NCBI RefSeq assembly: GCF_964194025.1
Contig: NC_134468.1
Span: forward strand, 7,192,001 to 7,256,000
DNA from: Convolutriloba macropyga
Lineage: Eukaryota
DNA length: 64,000 nucleotides
Direction of reading: 5' to 3'
The notes under the pieces are model-generated. The model worked only from the letters and a program-made list of their open reading frames with translations, was not told the origin of the DNA and searched no databases. Position 1 is the stretch's first letter. The number at the start of each line of letters is the position of its first letter. This document shows, one piece after another, positions 36,001 through 48,170 of the stretch. A program made the translations under genes and the position numbers.

Positions 36001-39000
36001 GTGGATTTTACTTTTTCGAATAAATTTTTTTTCAAATTTATTTATTAATTGCTATTGCTCTCGAACGGAGTTTGAAGCAGTTATTGTAAACGTGTGTGTA
36101 TTTTTTATGCGAAGTTTTTACTTGACTGTTTTGTTCTAGAACATTTTTTTTTGTCTCCAGTGACACTTTTTAACACTTGACTTTTTGATTTTTGCGTGAT
36201 CGGAGTTGCTCTCATTCCAAAATTAAGTCTGTTGCTATTATAAAGGCGATAGAAAAGCCGGGAGCATAACATCTGGCAGGTTGGTGGTTTCGAACCCCTA
36301 CCGTGTCTTTTTTCTGCACTCATTAAGTTATCTAGGGTTCACATCCCTGAAAATCTTCGAGTTGTAATTTAAGTAACTCTTTCTTTAATAGCAAGCATTT
36401 GGTTAATAGAAACAAATAAAAATTTAAATTTATTTAACCAAATTTTAGCAACGTAATAAAAAACAACGTAATTTGAATTCACATCTTTCTCTTTTTGTTC
36501 TGACCCCACTTGTGGGGGAAGGAACTATATACTCAACTGGGTTTTTTTTGTTCAGTCAATTTTGGTCGATTGATATATTCATCGTAGAGAAATGTGAGTG
36601 GTATCATTAAAAAGCTCGTCCAGCGTAAAATTTGACATTAAAACGATTTTTCTGAATTTCGTATTTTTCGAGTGGGCAAGGATTGAAGTTTTTGTGTGAA
36701 CAAGTGATATTTGGTATGATTTCGTTCACTTTTAGAGTAATTTTTCTTCAAATTATGATCTTTTCTTGAAAATTTTTCATTCAAAATTACATTTCACGCC
36801 ACAAAGGGAATCAATTTCGTATTCCTAATACACGAAAGGTGATAAAAGATTAGTTCTGATCTCCTAGGGAAGTTTACTATAAAAAAATTCGAATTTTATT
36901 TGAGAGCTGTTTTTTTTAGAAAACTTCATATTTTTCAGGTCTCCTAGAGACTGGTCACTTTTCATATCGATGTTTGGTTATTGATAAACTTGATTTAGAG
37001 TAAAATTACGCCTAATGAACAAAAAAACGTTTTCAAGGAATCGCACATGTTCTTCATGGCTTCGACTCTGAGCTTTTGTAATTTTTAATGAAATTTTGAT
37101 TTTCTTTGAGGCTTTACTGAATTTTTGCAGCTCTTTGGCATAAAATTGTTGACAAGAATTGCATTGGATTTCGTAATGGGCATTAGTGAAGCTATTCAGT
37201 GCTCTGATTGGACAGCTAATGGCTTACAACTTATTTTTGTAAACGAAGGCAGCCGCAGCACTGACAGGATCCCCTTCTTTTCTACTGCAACCAAATCTAA
37301 TGTTTAGCGTTTTTATCTTCTAACTATTGACTTTATGAATTCGATGCTACAAGATTTCAAAAACAATTTTAAAAATTTTAATATTTTCGTATTTTTGAAT
37401 CCTTTTGAAATTTCATCACATTATCCTAATTTGGATAGCTTCCGTTGGTTTAGGGAAGACGTTCAATGGATCATAGATAAAGTTTTCACAGAAAAGCTTG
37501 TAGTTTAAATGGCTTCGACACTTTCTTCTCGCACTTTTTTTTACTGATTTTTTGTCTTTTGCCTGTATTTGTTGTTGTTTTCATAGTCATAAGACTTATT
37601 GTGATATCTTATTGATTACTCATGCATGACAAACATCTTTTTCCTTTTATCGAGTCATGACTGAGCGTGTCTATTGACTTCTGTTGAAAGCTATTGAACT
37701 TATTGTCTGTTCAGACTTTAAATATAATTTCTCAAAAATTTTTTTGAACATTAACCAATTTTAAACTTATTTTCATGATTTGTGAGAATTTCTCAGTAAT
37801 GACCAGAACCCCTTCAATTCTTCCTACAGCAATCTAATTTATTTTGGTTGAAGTTTTTTTCTAACTCCTGGTTTTATGGCTTCTATGCCACAAGATTTCA
37901 AAAAAAATTTAAAATTTTGGATTTTTTGTATATTTGGTTCCTGTTGAAATCTTATCACATTATCCTAATATTGATAGCTCCCATTGGTTTTGAGAAGACG
38001 TTCAATGGAGTATAGAGAAAATTTTCAGATAAAAGGATATGGTTTAAATGGCTGCGACACTTTCTTCTCGCACTTTTCTGGTGAATTATTGGTTTCTGTA
38101 TTTGTTTTGCAGTCATAAGACTTATTGTGATATCTTATTGATTACCCATGCATGGCAAACATCTTTGTCATTCTACTTAGTCATGATTTAGCGTAATTGT
38201 TGACTTCTGTTGAGAGCTATTGAAATTAATGGCTGTTAAGACTTCGTAAACTTATCTTCGTGAACTGTACGAACGTCTAAGTAATTACCGGAACTCCTTC
38301 TTTCCTAATCTAACAAAAATAATCTTATTGGCGACTTTATCTTCTAACTATTGGTTTGACAAAATCGATGCGCTAGTTTCCATAAATTTTTTGGACATTT
38401 GGAAAATTATCGGATTTGTTTTTGGTTCATCCCATTATTGGATTTGAAATCTTATCACATTATCATATTAGTGTTAATTCCAATTGGCCTAAAAAGGAGG
38501 TCAATGGATCATAGATAAAGTTTTCAAAGGAAAGCTTATGGTTTAAATGGCGTCGACACTTTCTTCTTGCACTTTTCTACCGAAATTTTGGTTTTTGCCT
38601 GTATTTTTTGTTGTCTCCTTAGTCAATGACTTATTGTAATCTCTTAGCGTATCGATGACTTGTCTATGACAAAAATCCTTGTCGTCCCGTCGAAGTATAA
38701 CTCTTATACTCCTATCGAGCGCTTTTATTGCCTTTCGCTGAAAGCAATTGAGTTTAATGGCGTTGATACTACCGATTTTCTCAGAATTTTCGTGGTTTTA
38801 ATGTATTTGTTCATATTTATTGATTTTTTGAAGTTATATTGAAAAAAGAATCTCATGCTGTTAAAAAGTTAATGGATGATGGAAAAGTCATTACCGAAAA
38901 GTTATATTTTAATGGCTTCGACACTTTTCTCGCGCAATTTTTTTTTTTTAATTATTGGTTTTTGCCTTTTTTTATCTTTAGGTAGGCGCAAAATGCTGAC

Positions 39001-42000
39001 CGGTCTCAAAAACTTCTAATTGAGTATTCAAGGATTGATTTTACCCAAAGCAGTCATTTTTTAGCGAATAGTCTCAAAGTTTATGATATAATACTTTTTC
39101 AATGATTTAAACTTTTCTGTTTGTTTTTTTTTCGTCAACTTGTAGCTTATTCTCATCATTGTGAGGTCTCATTCAATTTCTTGCATTCGAAAAATTTAAA
39201 TGTCCAGTGATATCATGTCGTAACTGATGTTTTGTTTGTGGACCATTTGCGTTTAAATAAGTTTTAGTGGTGTACTTGTGTTTCTTTTTCTCTTCTTTTA
39301 GCACATTCGCGTATTAACAGATCCCAATGATTTTCGAATGTGGCTTAAATGCACTTATTTAATCTTTCAGTATAATTTTAGCTGCATTAGTATGAATGAA
39401 AATGGAAGGAAGAATTCATAGTATTCAGATAATAGCTAATGATTTTAATGGCCTCATTAATTTGTGTTTTCGAAAATTGTTAATTTTGTTGAGTTTTTCT
39501 GCGTCTGTAGTGCCCTTGTTTTCTAGTTTTCTGCGTTCCTATGGCCTAATCTAACCAACGACAGGTCCTATTGGTTTCATAATGAGTGTTTAGTAGATTT
39601 CTTAAGAATTATTTCGTTAAAAGCTAATGATTTTTATGACTTTAGAAATTATTTCGTTTAAAAAATGTTGATTGATTTTTCAATTTCGGCTATTATTTGC
39701 TTTTGTCAACAATGATACCTAGTCTCATTAAGGAAAATTGCCATCTGCTGCATAGTATGAACAAAGTAAATTTGTGCAGCTAAGGTTTTATACGATTGCT
39801 TTTTGGCGTTGTTACTAGGTGCATTCAAATTTAGATATTTAGTTTTTGCCGTGAAATTTTTGCTTTTGCTTCTTTTGTTGTTTGTTTGTTTTTCTCGTAG
39901 TTTTTTCATTGAAAGATCTTGTCAGCGCTGTAATGAGGTATGGCATTATGTAGTTCAATAAGTAGTTAGGTTTTTCAACGGTTTTTTAAACTAAAATATC
40001 TATTTTTATTATCTCTTCATTTGGTTGACAATTAAGTCAAAAGTGTTGATGAGCTCGGGTCGGAACATCATGTGCGAACGCTCATTAACGAGCATCCTTG
40101 CTGGATTCTCTTGGACTCGCAGTCTGCGAAAATGATGTTTTCTGCTGCTCTATAAATTGGAAAAGAAAAGCTTCCTCCATTCCATCTTTATGTCTCTGGA
40201 TTTCAAATTTAACCTTAAATTTATTTTCATCGAATATAATTGCATTATGAATTGTCGCAATATCGTGGCATATGGTGTTATTGAAAAAAAAACATAACCC
40301 ACGAACGTGGGGCTATGCTACGGTAGTAGCTAGCTTTGTAACGCTAGCTTCAGCTCAAGCGGGTGAAGTGTATAACACGGGATGTTTTTTGGGGGCTGTT
40401 TTGCGGTGTAGGGGCTAATACGTGTACTGAATTCGTTAAACGTTTCGAGACATCTCAGCAATTGATGCAAGATTTTTTGTTTCTTTAGTTTTATGCCTAT
40501 TTTTTTTCCATTAGTTGGCATAGTTTTTAATCAAAATTTTGATACTTTATCTACAAAGCTATTGCAACTATATTTCTAGCAATTATTGTTTAAGTGGAAA
40601 TAAGTTATAAAAATAACATGAAAGATATTTCCTTGGCGTGGTTATAATTTCTTTTTAAAGCTGTCAACCATTTTCACACTAGTTCTCTTGCAGAACGCAA
40701 AAATAAATTTCCTCCGCAAAAATAATTAATTAGAAGTGGTTTTGTATCACGAATTTGAGAAACGTATATACGTTCAATATGCGCTTTTGAAAAATGTTTA
40801 CTGACCTATATTTTTTGCTGAACAGGTTCTGAGGATGGATGTTGATCAACTACTATTCCCCTTCGATTGGCTGGTCTCTCCCCTCGAGACTGAAGGTGAA
40901 ATTCTCCGAAAACAAAACAGCTGTCTTCAAGGCGATATTTTGTCCAAATGTCCCATTCTTCAAGCGGTTGCTCTGCGTAATGTTACCCAACGTCATGAAT
41001 TTGTCTCAGAAGATACTGTTGAATAAATTGCTTATGTTATGGTTTCTAATCTTCATTTTGCATTTTAAAATAAAAAGTTAAATCCTTGGATTTGGTCTTT
41101 CAAACGCTGTTGTGGATAGTTCCAGTGTATTAGAAGTTGTAGAAAATGGTCTAAAGGGCGGTAGAGCTCATCGTGTTTGGAATTGTTGGTATTTTCTCGA
41201 ACAATAAGAAAAAGGAAAAGAGTCTGGGAAGTATGGCCCCTCTTGATCTGCCTCCTGCCTACCAGTGCAGTGTTCTCTCCCCTCCCCTGACGAAGTGATC
41301 TTAATCGCCTTAACTTAAGCTATCTACTACAAAAGCCAAAGCCCTCTTCCTCCCCAGTCGCTTGAAAGCAATTCTTCCGACGTTAGTTGGGTGTTCTAAA
41401 TTGCTCTCATTCAGAATTTTAAAGCAGCTAAACTCTAAGTGGCGGCAGTTTACTACCAAAATTCAAATGAAAATCCCTAAAAATGTTTTATTTTTTAAAC
41501 CTGAAATCTTACGAGTTATATAGAACGAAATTGTTTGAGAAGGCTTATATTTGCCGCTTATCTGCAAGCGAGTAACCCTCTGTTTTTTGAGCTGTTAATT
41601 TAAAAATAAAAATAGATTGCTCATTTGAACAATGTTTACTACAGAAACCTTGCAGAATCATTGGAGGTACAACTGAAGCTATTTTATATGCAACTGGGTC
41701 TATTTCACAGAATTCATTGCTACACAAAATCGTCCTTGCCTTCACTCGAACAAGACTCACTTTTCTTAAATTCCGAACATGAAAGATCATCGGAGCTGGA
41801 GCGTCAAGACAGCATGGAAAGAGATCACCTGTTAATTGGGAAAGAGTTTGATGCGGCTTCATTGCAAACACCTGCTAATCAAAACGAAAATAGTAAAGTT
41901 AATGTTGAAAATGAATCAGAACAGAGCAGTTCAGAGGTTGTCAACTCGGATGACACGTTTGTGTTTGTCCAGGGCGAGGACGTTGCCGAGTACGAATCGA

Positions 42001-42359
42001 GTGGATCTATGATTGCGGATGACTCGCAATGCGATACTTCGACTTCTTCTTGGATTTACGACTCGAATGGTGGTGTGTTGAAACCTATGTGGGTTTATGC
42101 GTGCATTGATCCAATGTTTTCTGATCAGTACCACTTGATCAGGGATCTGGGCGATGTTGACGGGGCAGTTCTGACGTATGACAAGGTCAAATCCTGGGGT
42201 CGAATTATTTTTCAGGGAATGGGCGAAGATCCGCCCGGTGATGTGATTGATGTAGTGCATAATGAATGGTATGCTTTGCACCAGCCAGAAATGGGAAGTG
42301 TTAATGTCGAGAAAGATATGTCAACAAGTGTCATTTTGAGTGACTCGTTCTCTTGCTAA
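23680..42359 (+). CDS. Predicted 5-exon gene: RING-HC finger + apolipoprotein L-like domain + acidic linker + C-terminal GxDPP domain (556 aa)
   Basis: Exons 23680-23834, 23901-24041, 28884-29146, 29591-29987 and 41645-42359 total 1671 nt (557 codons including stop). All junctions are GT..AG and phase compatible (2,2,1,2). The long joins (exon 2-3 and exon 4-5) are inferred. Confidence 0.7.
24190..25000 (+). mobile_element. Highly decayed CR1/L2-group LINE reverse transcriptase fragment in intron 2
   Basis: Pieces read LDPNK, ARVTSIHKIGDRSKVENY..SKIL, PQGWSLGLLLFCISMRDLP, QDDLNA and KDL*MQVEDDLS..HV: canonical LINE RT motifs in the correct order. Confidence 0.75.
28884..29146 (+). CDS. Exon 3: ApoL-like domain, first part
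   Basis: Acceptor ttttcag and donor gtatgt. TIRILRDIATLVD..VGSLSACVIGG..TGFGASLGVPLIVSGTAVGGTG resembles the ApoL Gly-rich hydrophobic hairpin. Confidence 0.8.
29591..29987 (+). CDS. Exon 4: ApoL-like domain, second part
   Basis: Acceptor ttgtag, with a phase-1 join to exon 3 (G-SLATNIVE). IAGVGIVFAAAMIPIDVVQLV..VHSQTPSKLVKEIR matches the ApoL C-terminal hairpin pattern. Donor gtgcga at 29988. Confidence 0.82.
30440..30697 (+). mobile_element. Truncated copy of the same repeat, ending in a tRNA-like A-box half
   Basis: ggccttgatagccgagtggttaaggc at 30657. The upstream AT-rich block resembles 49120-49290, 36055-36215 and 28265-28400. Confidence 0.55.
32473..41026 (+). CDS. RPAP1: RNA polymerase II-associated protein 1; exons 32473-35775 and 40826-41026 (1167 aa)
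   Basis: N-terminus MLKRPKPGEDEDELLAFQEKFL; RPAP1_N motif IHEENMTKLKSMSDEEILAEQRQLISRLDP; RPAP1_C motif RFDFQG..LHHHGEEQEVPGYT. The C-terminal FEAESFGDQLFANFVLLP..RRAVW is joined in phase 0 (aag/gt at 35776, aacag/gtt at 40826) to VLRM..SPLETE..CPILQAVA. Confidence 0.95.
36495..40105 (+). mobile_element. Non-autonomous Helentron/DINE-1-like element, copy A (in the RPAP1 intron)
   Basis: 5' end ttgttctgacccc with a hairpin; conserved core of about 150 bp; four internal repeat units (aatggcttcgacactttcttctcgcac near 37510, 38050, 38550, 38910); subterminal IR gggtcggaaca at 40057; terminal hairpin gctc-attaac-gagc. Confidence 0.7.
41645..42359 (+). CDS. Terminal exon, probably exon 5 of the RING-ApoL gene (ApoL C-terminal helix, acidic linker, GxDPP domain)
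   Basis: Open frame of 715 nt after acceptor tactacag, phase 2. It begins (R)NLAESLEVQLK, continuing SKLVKEIR as in the ApoL leucine-zipper-like helix (cf. human APOL1 SETAEELKKVAQELEEKL). Confidence 0.72.
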
Positions 42360-42419
42360 TCATCACTTGTTTTTGCCTTTAAGCACAATTTCTATTTCAT
42401 AATTATTTGCTGAGAAAGA

Positions 42420-43420
42420 AATATCCTTTTTATAGCTGCGAAGCTGTAAGCTGAGCGAAGCTATATTGCGGTGCTCTTGGTTTTTTTTACAATTCAAAGA
42501 ATTTGAATTGTATTGGGGCGCTGTCTTTTTTTTTAAGATCTGTTCACACATTTTCATGATTTTTGAAGTCAAATTGGAGTAGTGATTTTGGTCACGCCGA
42601 AACAGGAAATGGAGCGAAAAAGCGAGTGGTTTTGCGGTGTGAATTTTGTTCGCTCTAATTTTAAAGTTGAGTGAGAAAACGGTGTTTGAACAAAAATTCG
42701 GTTTCTCGGTAGTGGTTTTTTTGTTCACATGCGGCAATTTCACTCTGATTTTCACTGTTTTTTCAATTTTTTGGATCGGATTTTTTTCTAAATGGTTTCC
42801 CAATCCATTCACAGCTCATTCTAGGCCTAGCTTTTTGTTTGAATTAAATTTTCATTTCTCGCTAGTGGTTTTTTTGTTCACATGCGGCATTTTGACATTG
42901 ATTTTCTGTTTATTTCTTATGTTTTTGTTCTGATTTTTTTGAAATGGTTTTCTCAATTCACTCATAGTCCATTCTAGGTCTAGTTTTTCTGTTTAGTCAA
43001 TGAAAATTTTTTGAATTGTACGTCAGGACTTGTCCTGCTATGTTTTTTTTTTAAGATCTGTTCACACATTTTCATGATTTTTGAAGTCAAATTGGAGTAG
43101 TGATTTTGGTCACGCCGAAACAGGAAATGGAGCGAAAAAGCGAGTGGTTTTGCGGCGTGAAATTTTTTCGCTCTAAATTTAAAGTGGAGTGAGAAAACGG
43201 TGTTTGAACAAAAATTCGCTTTCTCGTTAGTGGTTTTTTTGTTCACATGCGGCATTTTCACATTGATTTTCTGTTTTTTTTCTTATTTTTTTATCAGAAT
43301 TTTTTAAAAATGGTTTTCTCAATTCACTCTTAGTCCACTCTAGGTCTGGTTTTTCTGTTGAGTCAATGAAAATTCTTTGAATTGTACGTCAGGACTTGTC
43401 CTGCTATGTTTTTTTGTTTC
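42420..43420. repeat. Complex tandem repeat (518-bp period with sub-repeats of about 155 bp); related, partly inverted copy at 31040-31450
   Basis: tgttcacacattttcatg at 42541 and 43059; tagtggttttttgttcacatgcggca occurs three times; its reverse complement gcatgtgaacaaaaaaccacta occurs at 31201 and 31352. Confidence 0.85.
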
Positions 43421-45508
43421 GTCGTCTGACGCCTTTTTTTCGTTTTACATTTGTTCACATAGCAAAGCTGAAAAGTCAAATTTTCTGAATGTCTTCTTCC
43501 TCTCACTAACGGCGTTTGCGCGCGTGACGTCATTTCTCACTCGCTTTAGCAAAAGTTTTTAGGTTATTTGCGTGATTAGATTTTCATCATACGTGACTTA
43601 CCTCACTCAATAAAATTACTTTTGCACTTTAAAACTTAAGTTTAATTTGAATTTGTTTAAGGTCAAAGGAACTCATATGTGCAGTAACGGTCCCTAATAA
43701 GAGGCTTCTGTGGAATGAATTTTAACAAGCGTTATTAATTTATCGCTGAATGTTTTTTACCTAGTTTTTTGAGCGGCGTCGATTTTTTTTTCAATTTAGA
43801 TCTGTATCTGTTTCTATCTCTATTATATGGCACGCAGGTCTATTCTTTCGCAGCTATTCCGGCAATCTGCCGGCTATGTTTGTATTGATAGTAGGTCTTG
43901 AAAACTAAAGAGGCGAGAATTTTTTTGTAACTACAGAAAGTAAATTTTTGTTCAAATTCTTAGATTAACCTTAATTAAGTATCAAATCTTATTGTTCGAA
44001 TCAAATAAAGAGTTCTGCGTTTTAAATCCTCATGATTTGATGTAAATTATTCTGAAATTTTTTTCTTGAGTAATTTCCGGCCAGATTACAACCAAAAGAT
44101 CTGCGTAAAAAGAGCTGGAAGTTCAATTCATATTTTAAGGGATGAAAGATTGTCCATTATTGATGGTCATTATCTACCGGGACCAAAAAGGCGTTTCTAT
44201 TTGTTAGAAATTGATGCTTTCATGCAAAAAAAGTGATCCGTTCAGTTGATTTATCCACGGTCTTAATTTCTTCTCATTATTAGTGCTTATTGTCATCATT
44301 CCAAATTTTTTTGATCTCTGTCGTCAATTTAGAAGTAGATACGTTTTGCTTGGCTTTCAATAATTTTATGGGTGCTAATAATATTCTAGCAATTTCATTA
44401 ATTTGATCAATATTCATGTGTCAATTTTTCGTTGCCAACTGTGTTGAAGTTTTGTTTTGGTTATCAAATGTCCTGTTTATATTTCACATTTTAGTTACCA
44501 ATGTTGCTTTTAGCTGAATAAAATTCATAAATCAATCTTTGATGCTTATTTGGCCAATCTACAAGGTTTTAAGTACTCTAACAAAACAGTAAACAGCTCT
44601 AACGGTACTGGAATGACTTTTTCGTTTTCTATTTACTGTTCGTAAATTCACTGTAGGAGGAGTTTAAAAAAGATATTTTTTTCATCAGAATTTGGTTCAG
44701 ATTACAATAAAATTGACTGAGGATTTCAACTTTTTGAGGAGTGGAGTTCTCAAGAATCGGCAAGGGAGTTGAATTCCATGAGGACAGCAAATTTTAAATA
44801 GTTTTCTTTAAATACCAATTTCTCATCATAATTTATGAAAACTAGATCAAATTAGAGCTTCAAGAAAATAAGTAATCTATCCCAATTAGTATTACGTAGA
44901 AAATTTTGCACTTACGTAGTTTTTTTTACCTTAACTGAAACTGTAATTTCGAGTCTTGGATGACACCAGTGTATTTTACTTGCTCTATTTTGCGTTTTAA
45001 AGTCGAGAAATATTTTAACACGGTTTCTAATTGCTCTCAAACGAAGTTTGTAGCCATTATATTAGTCCTGGAGTCCTTTTTGCGGTTTTTCGCTGGAACG
45101 TTTTTTTCGTGTGGCGCTTTTGAACTCCCCGTTCACCCTCCTCCATTCGGCAATTCGAATTTCCCGCTCGTTCCCAATCCCCAATGATAGCATCCCCAAG
45201 CTCCAGATAGCTAGTACCAGAGCCAGCCGCTCTCGTTTGAGAGCAATTCCCCGACGTTAGTGGCTTATGTTTTCAAGAAGCAATAATAATTTGATCTTCT
45301 TGTGATTTTGTGAACCATGGTACTTATAACGATAATACTTAAAGAAATGTTGATTTTTGGATGTTCTCTTCTGATAAAAAAAGTAGAAGTTTTGCGGTTG
45401 TGATCGAAGTGCTTTGTTGAACTTTTTGCGTTGAATGAATTACTTAGCAGAGCCGTTTTGTAAAAATGGTCTAAAAAATGAAAAGAACTACTTTTTATGC
45501 GTCATTAA

Positions 45509-48170
45509 TTGTTCCGACCCTCTTGAGGGGGGAGGAACTATATACTCAAGTGGGTTTTTTTTTTTGTTCCGTGAATTTTCGCCGCTCGATATATTCATCG
45601 TAGAGAGTTGAGACTGGTATCATTAGAAAGCTCGTCCAGCGTAGAATATGGAATTAAAAAGATTTTTTTAATTTTCGTTTTCTACAGGGAGTTATCGAGG
45701 TTTAAACTTCTGAGAAAAGAAGAGTGAATTCACGTTGTTTTTATTCACATTTACCGGAATTTTTGCCTAAATTTTCGTCAATTTTGCTAAAATTTGTTAT
45801 AATTTTTAAGAATAGTGTCGTTGATTTTAATTTTAAAGACGAACAAGCATTGTTGATTGTTTTGATTTAATTTTTTTGGTCAAAAAATCTGGATAAACAT
45901 TTCAAAATTTAGCCTTTTTCAACAAAAACAGCACGAAATAAGCTACTTTAGTCCACTTTGATTAAATTTGCCGACAGTACTACCCCAAACAACCCTCATA
46001 CAATCTTTGTGGACTCAGAGGGGGGGCTTTTTCTACTTCAGAGTCCGCTGAGAGTGCACTGTAGTTAAAACTTTGCCGTTTTTTGCTAACTTTACTCATT
46101 GATTATCAAAAATGCAGAATTTATTTTGAGTTTTCAACTAACAAATTATCTACATCTACAACATTTGAAAAATCAATTGTTCCTAACGGACAATAGGTAT
46201 TAGCAGGGCTAGTTTTGGACCATTCTTGGACTGTTAAAATCCAAAAAAAATCGGGTTGTAATCAGTCGGCCTTTTTTTTTTAAAAAAAAGACTTTTTTTT
46301 AATAATAAAGAACAGAACATATCAAATCAAAGCCCAGGAGTGATAGGTCCAACCAATTCGCTTGCTAAGCAGCTCCAAACTAATGCATTTAGTTTTTAAT
46401 TGAAAGTTTATGGTCGTTTCTTTTTTTTTTAAAAAAAATGACTTTCAATGAATAATGGCTTAATTAACTTTACCTCTATTTTTTTCTTAATTTGTTCAAC
46501 TTCCAGCTTAGTGTCATCAAAGAAAGACTGCTTCTTCTTTCTACTGATTTAACATTTATTTTGGGTTGCAGTTTTAAGCCTGCAACTATTGTTTTCTGGC
46601 TTTGATACTAAAAGATTTCAGATTTTTATTTGTTTTGATATTTGCCAGGTTTTCGCGTTTTCTAATTTTGTCACATTATCACATTATTGACAGTTCTCAT
46701 GTCACCTTGTTAGCATTCATAATAAGGCAGAATTGAACATATTAAAATCCTGAAAGATATACATCGTCATTTTAACGGCCTCGACGCCTCTTTCTTGAAG
46801 AAATCAATTGAATTTTTTAATTTTGTCTCTAACTGTCATTTATACTTTGTCGTTTCGGTCGTATGAAATTTCCTGTATAGTGATAGCTTTCATTGGCTTT
46901 TCATGGAAGAATAGAAGAAACAATATTCTGAAATTAGTTGATAGCTGATGGCTTTCATGACTTTGAAAACAATCGTTTTCCAAAATTTAAAAAAAACTTT
47001 TTAACTTCGCAATTTTGTTCTTTTTATATTTCTTTTTGTTACCTAATCTCGTAAGTGAATTACAGGTCAAATATGACATTATAGGTCTCAAGGGAATAAA
47101 AGGTATTGGTGTCCCAAAATCTTTTTTTTTAAAGAATTTGTTATGACCTTACTGGCTTCGACACCGGTTTTTCGGTTTTTCACAAAAAAAAAGTAAACTA
47201 ATTTGATTTTTGTCATATTTGACGTTCATTTTGTAGATGCAAGAAATATTCTGGATAATTGCAGGTCTCGAAGGTCTCCTTTTCATGAATAAACGACCCT
47301 ATTTAAATAGCTCTTTTAGTAATTAATGCCTTTCATGACATTGAATGTAATTTCGTTTCGAAAAAAAAATTAAAATTATTACATACTTTAGCACTTCGCG
47401 AATGGCCACGTACTACATTATAGTTGTTTGAAGAAGGCGCAATCAAATATATATTCTGAGTGCCAAAATTTGGCTTGACGGTTTTGACAGCGTTTTCTGG
47501 CAAGTTTCAATTGAAATTTTGTTTGTTCTTTGTTAATCTTTTTAGCCGCATTAAAAAATGAATAAGGACAGGTCCTAATGCCCTTCTATAGAAGCAGTGA
47601 TAATCGTAAATTTGTGGTAATATTAATTGATTCCTAATGGTATTTATTACTTTGAAGTTAACTGTTTCAAAAAAATAAGTTAAATTTTTTTACTTTACTG
47701 TTTTTGTTCTTTTTTGTATAATTGTTACCAAACCTTTTTATGGACTGGTCGCAAATGTTTTCTGATGATTTATAAGTTATTTTTGTTTAGTTTTAGGTTT
47801 ATCTGACGGTATGTTGACTTTGTTATTAAATTTAGTTTTTAAGAGGGACATAAATTTTTTGATGTAATTAATGTTTGTTGTTGTTGTTGTTTGATTTTGC
47901 TGTTCGTCTTGACTCGCTTTCTTAATATTGACATATTACAGCAATCTAATGCATCAGTTTTTACTCCACTGAGTTATTTGCTTTGGAGGCTATCTTATCG
48001 TTCATACAGAATTTTTTGAAAAAGACTTGGGCTTTTTTGGGATTCGCAAAAAATAATTTTTGGGTTTTTCTATATGTTCCTCATTTGGTAGACAATTATG
48101 CCAAAATTGTGGATGGGTGGGGTCGGAACTTTATGTGCCATCGCACATTACCGAGCCGCCTTGTTAGTTT
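45509..48170 (+). mobile_element. Helentron/DINE-1-like element, copy B (same ends, divergent interior)
   Basis: Starts ttgttccgaccc, shares the core gatatattcatcgtagaga..aagctcgtccagcgta, has gggtcggaac at 48120 and ends ttgttagttt. Confidence 0.65.

Noticed and set aside
42363-43562. ORFs of 60-150 aa in the 518-bp repeat
   Set aside because: Low-complexity translations of an AT-rich tandem repeat.
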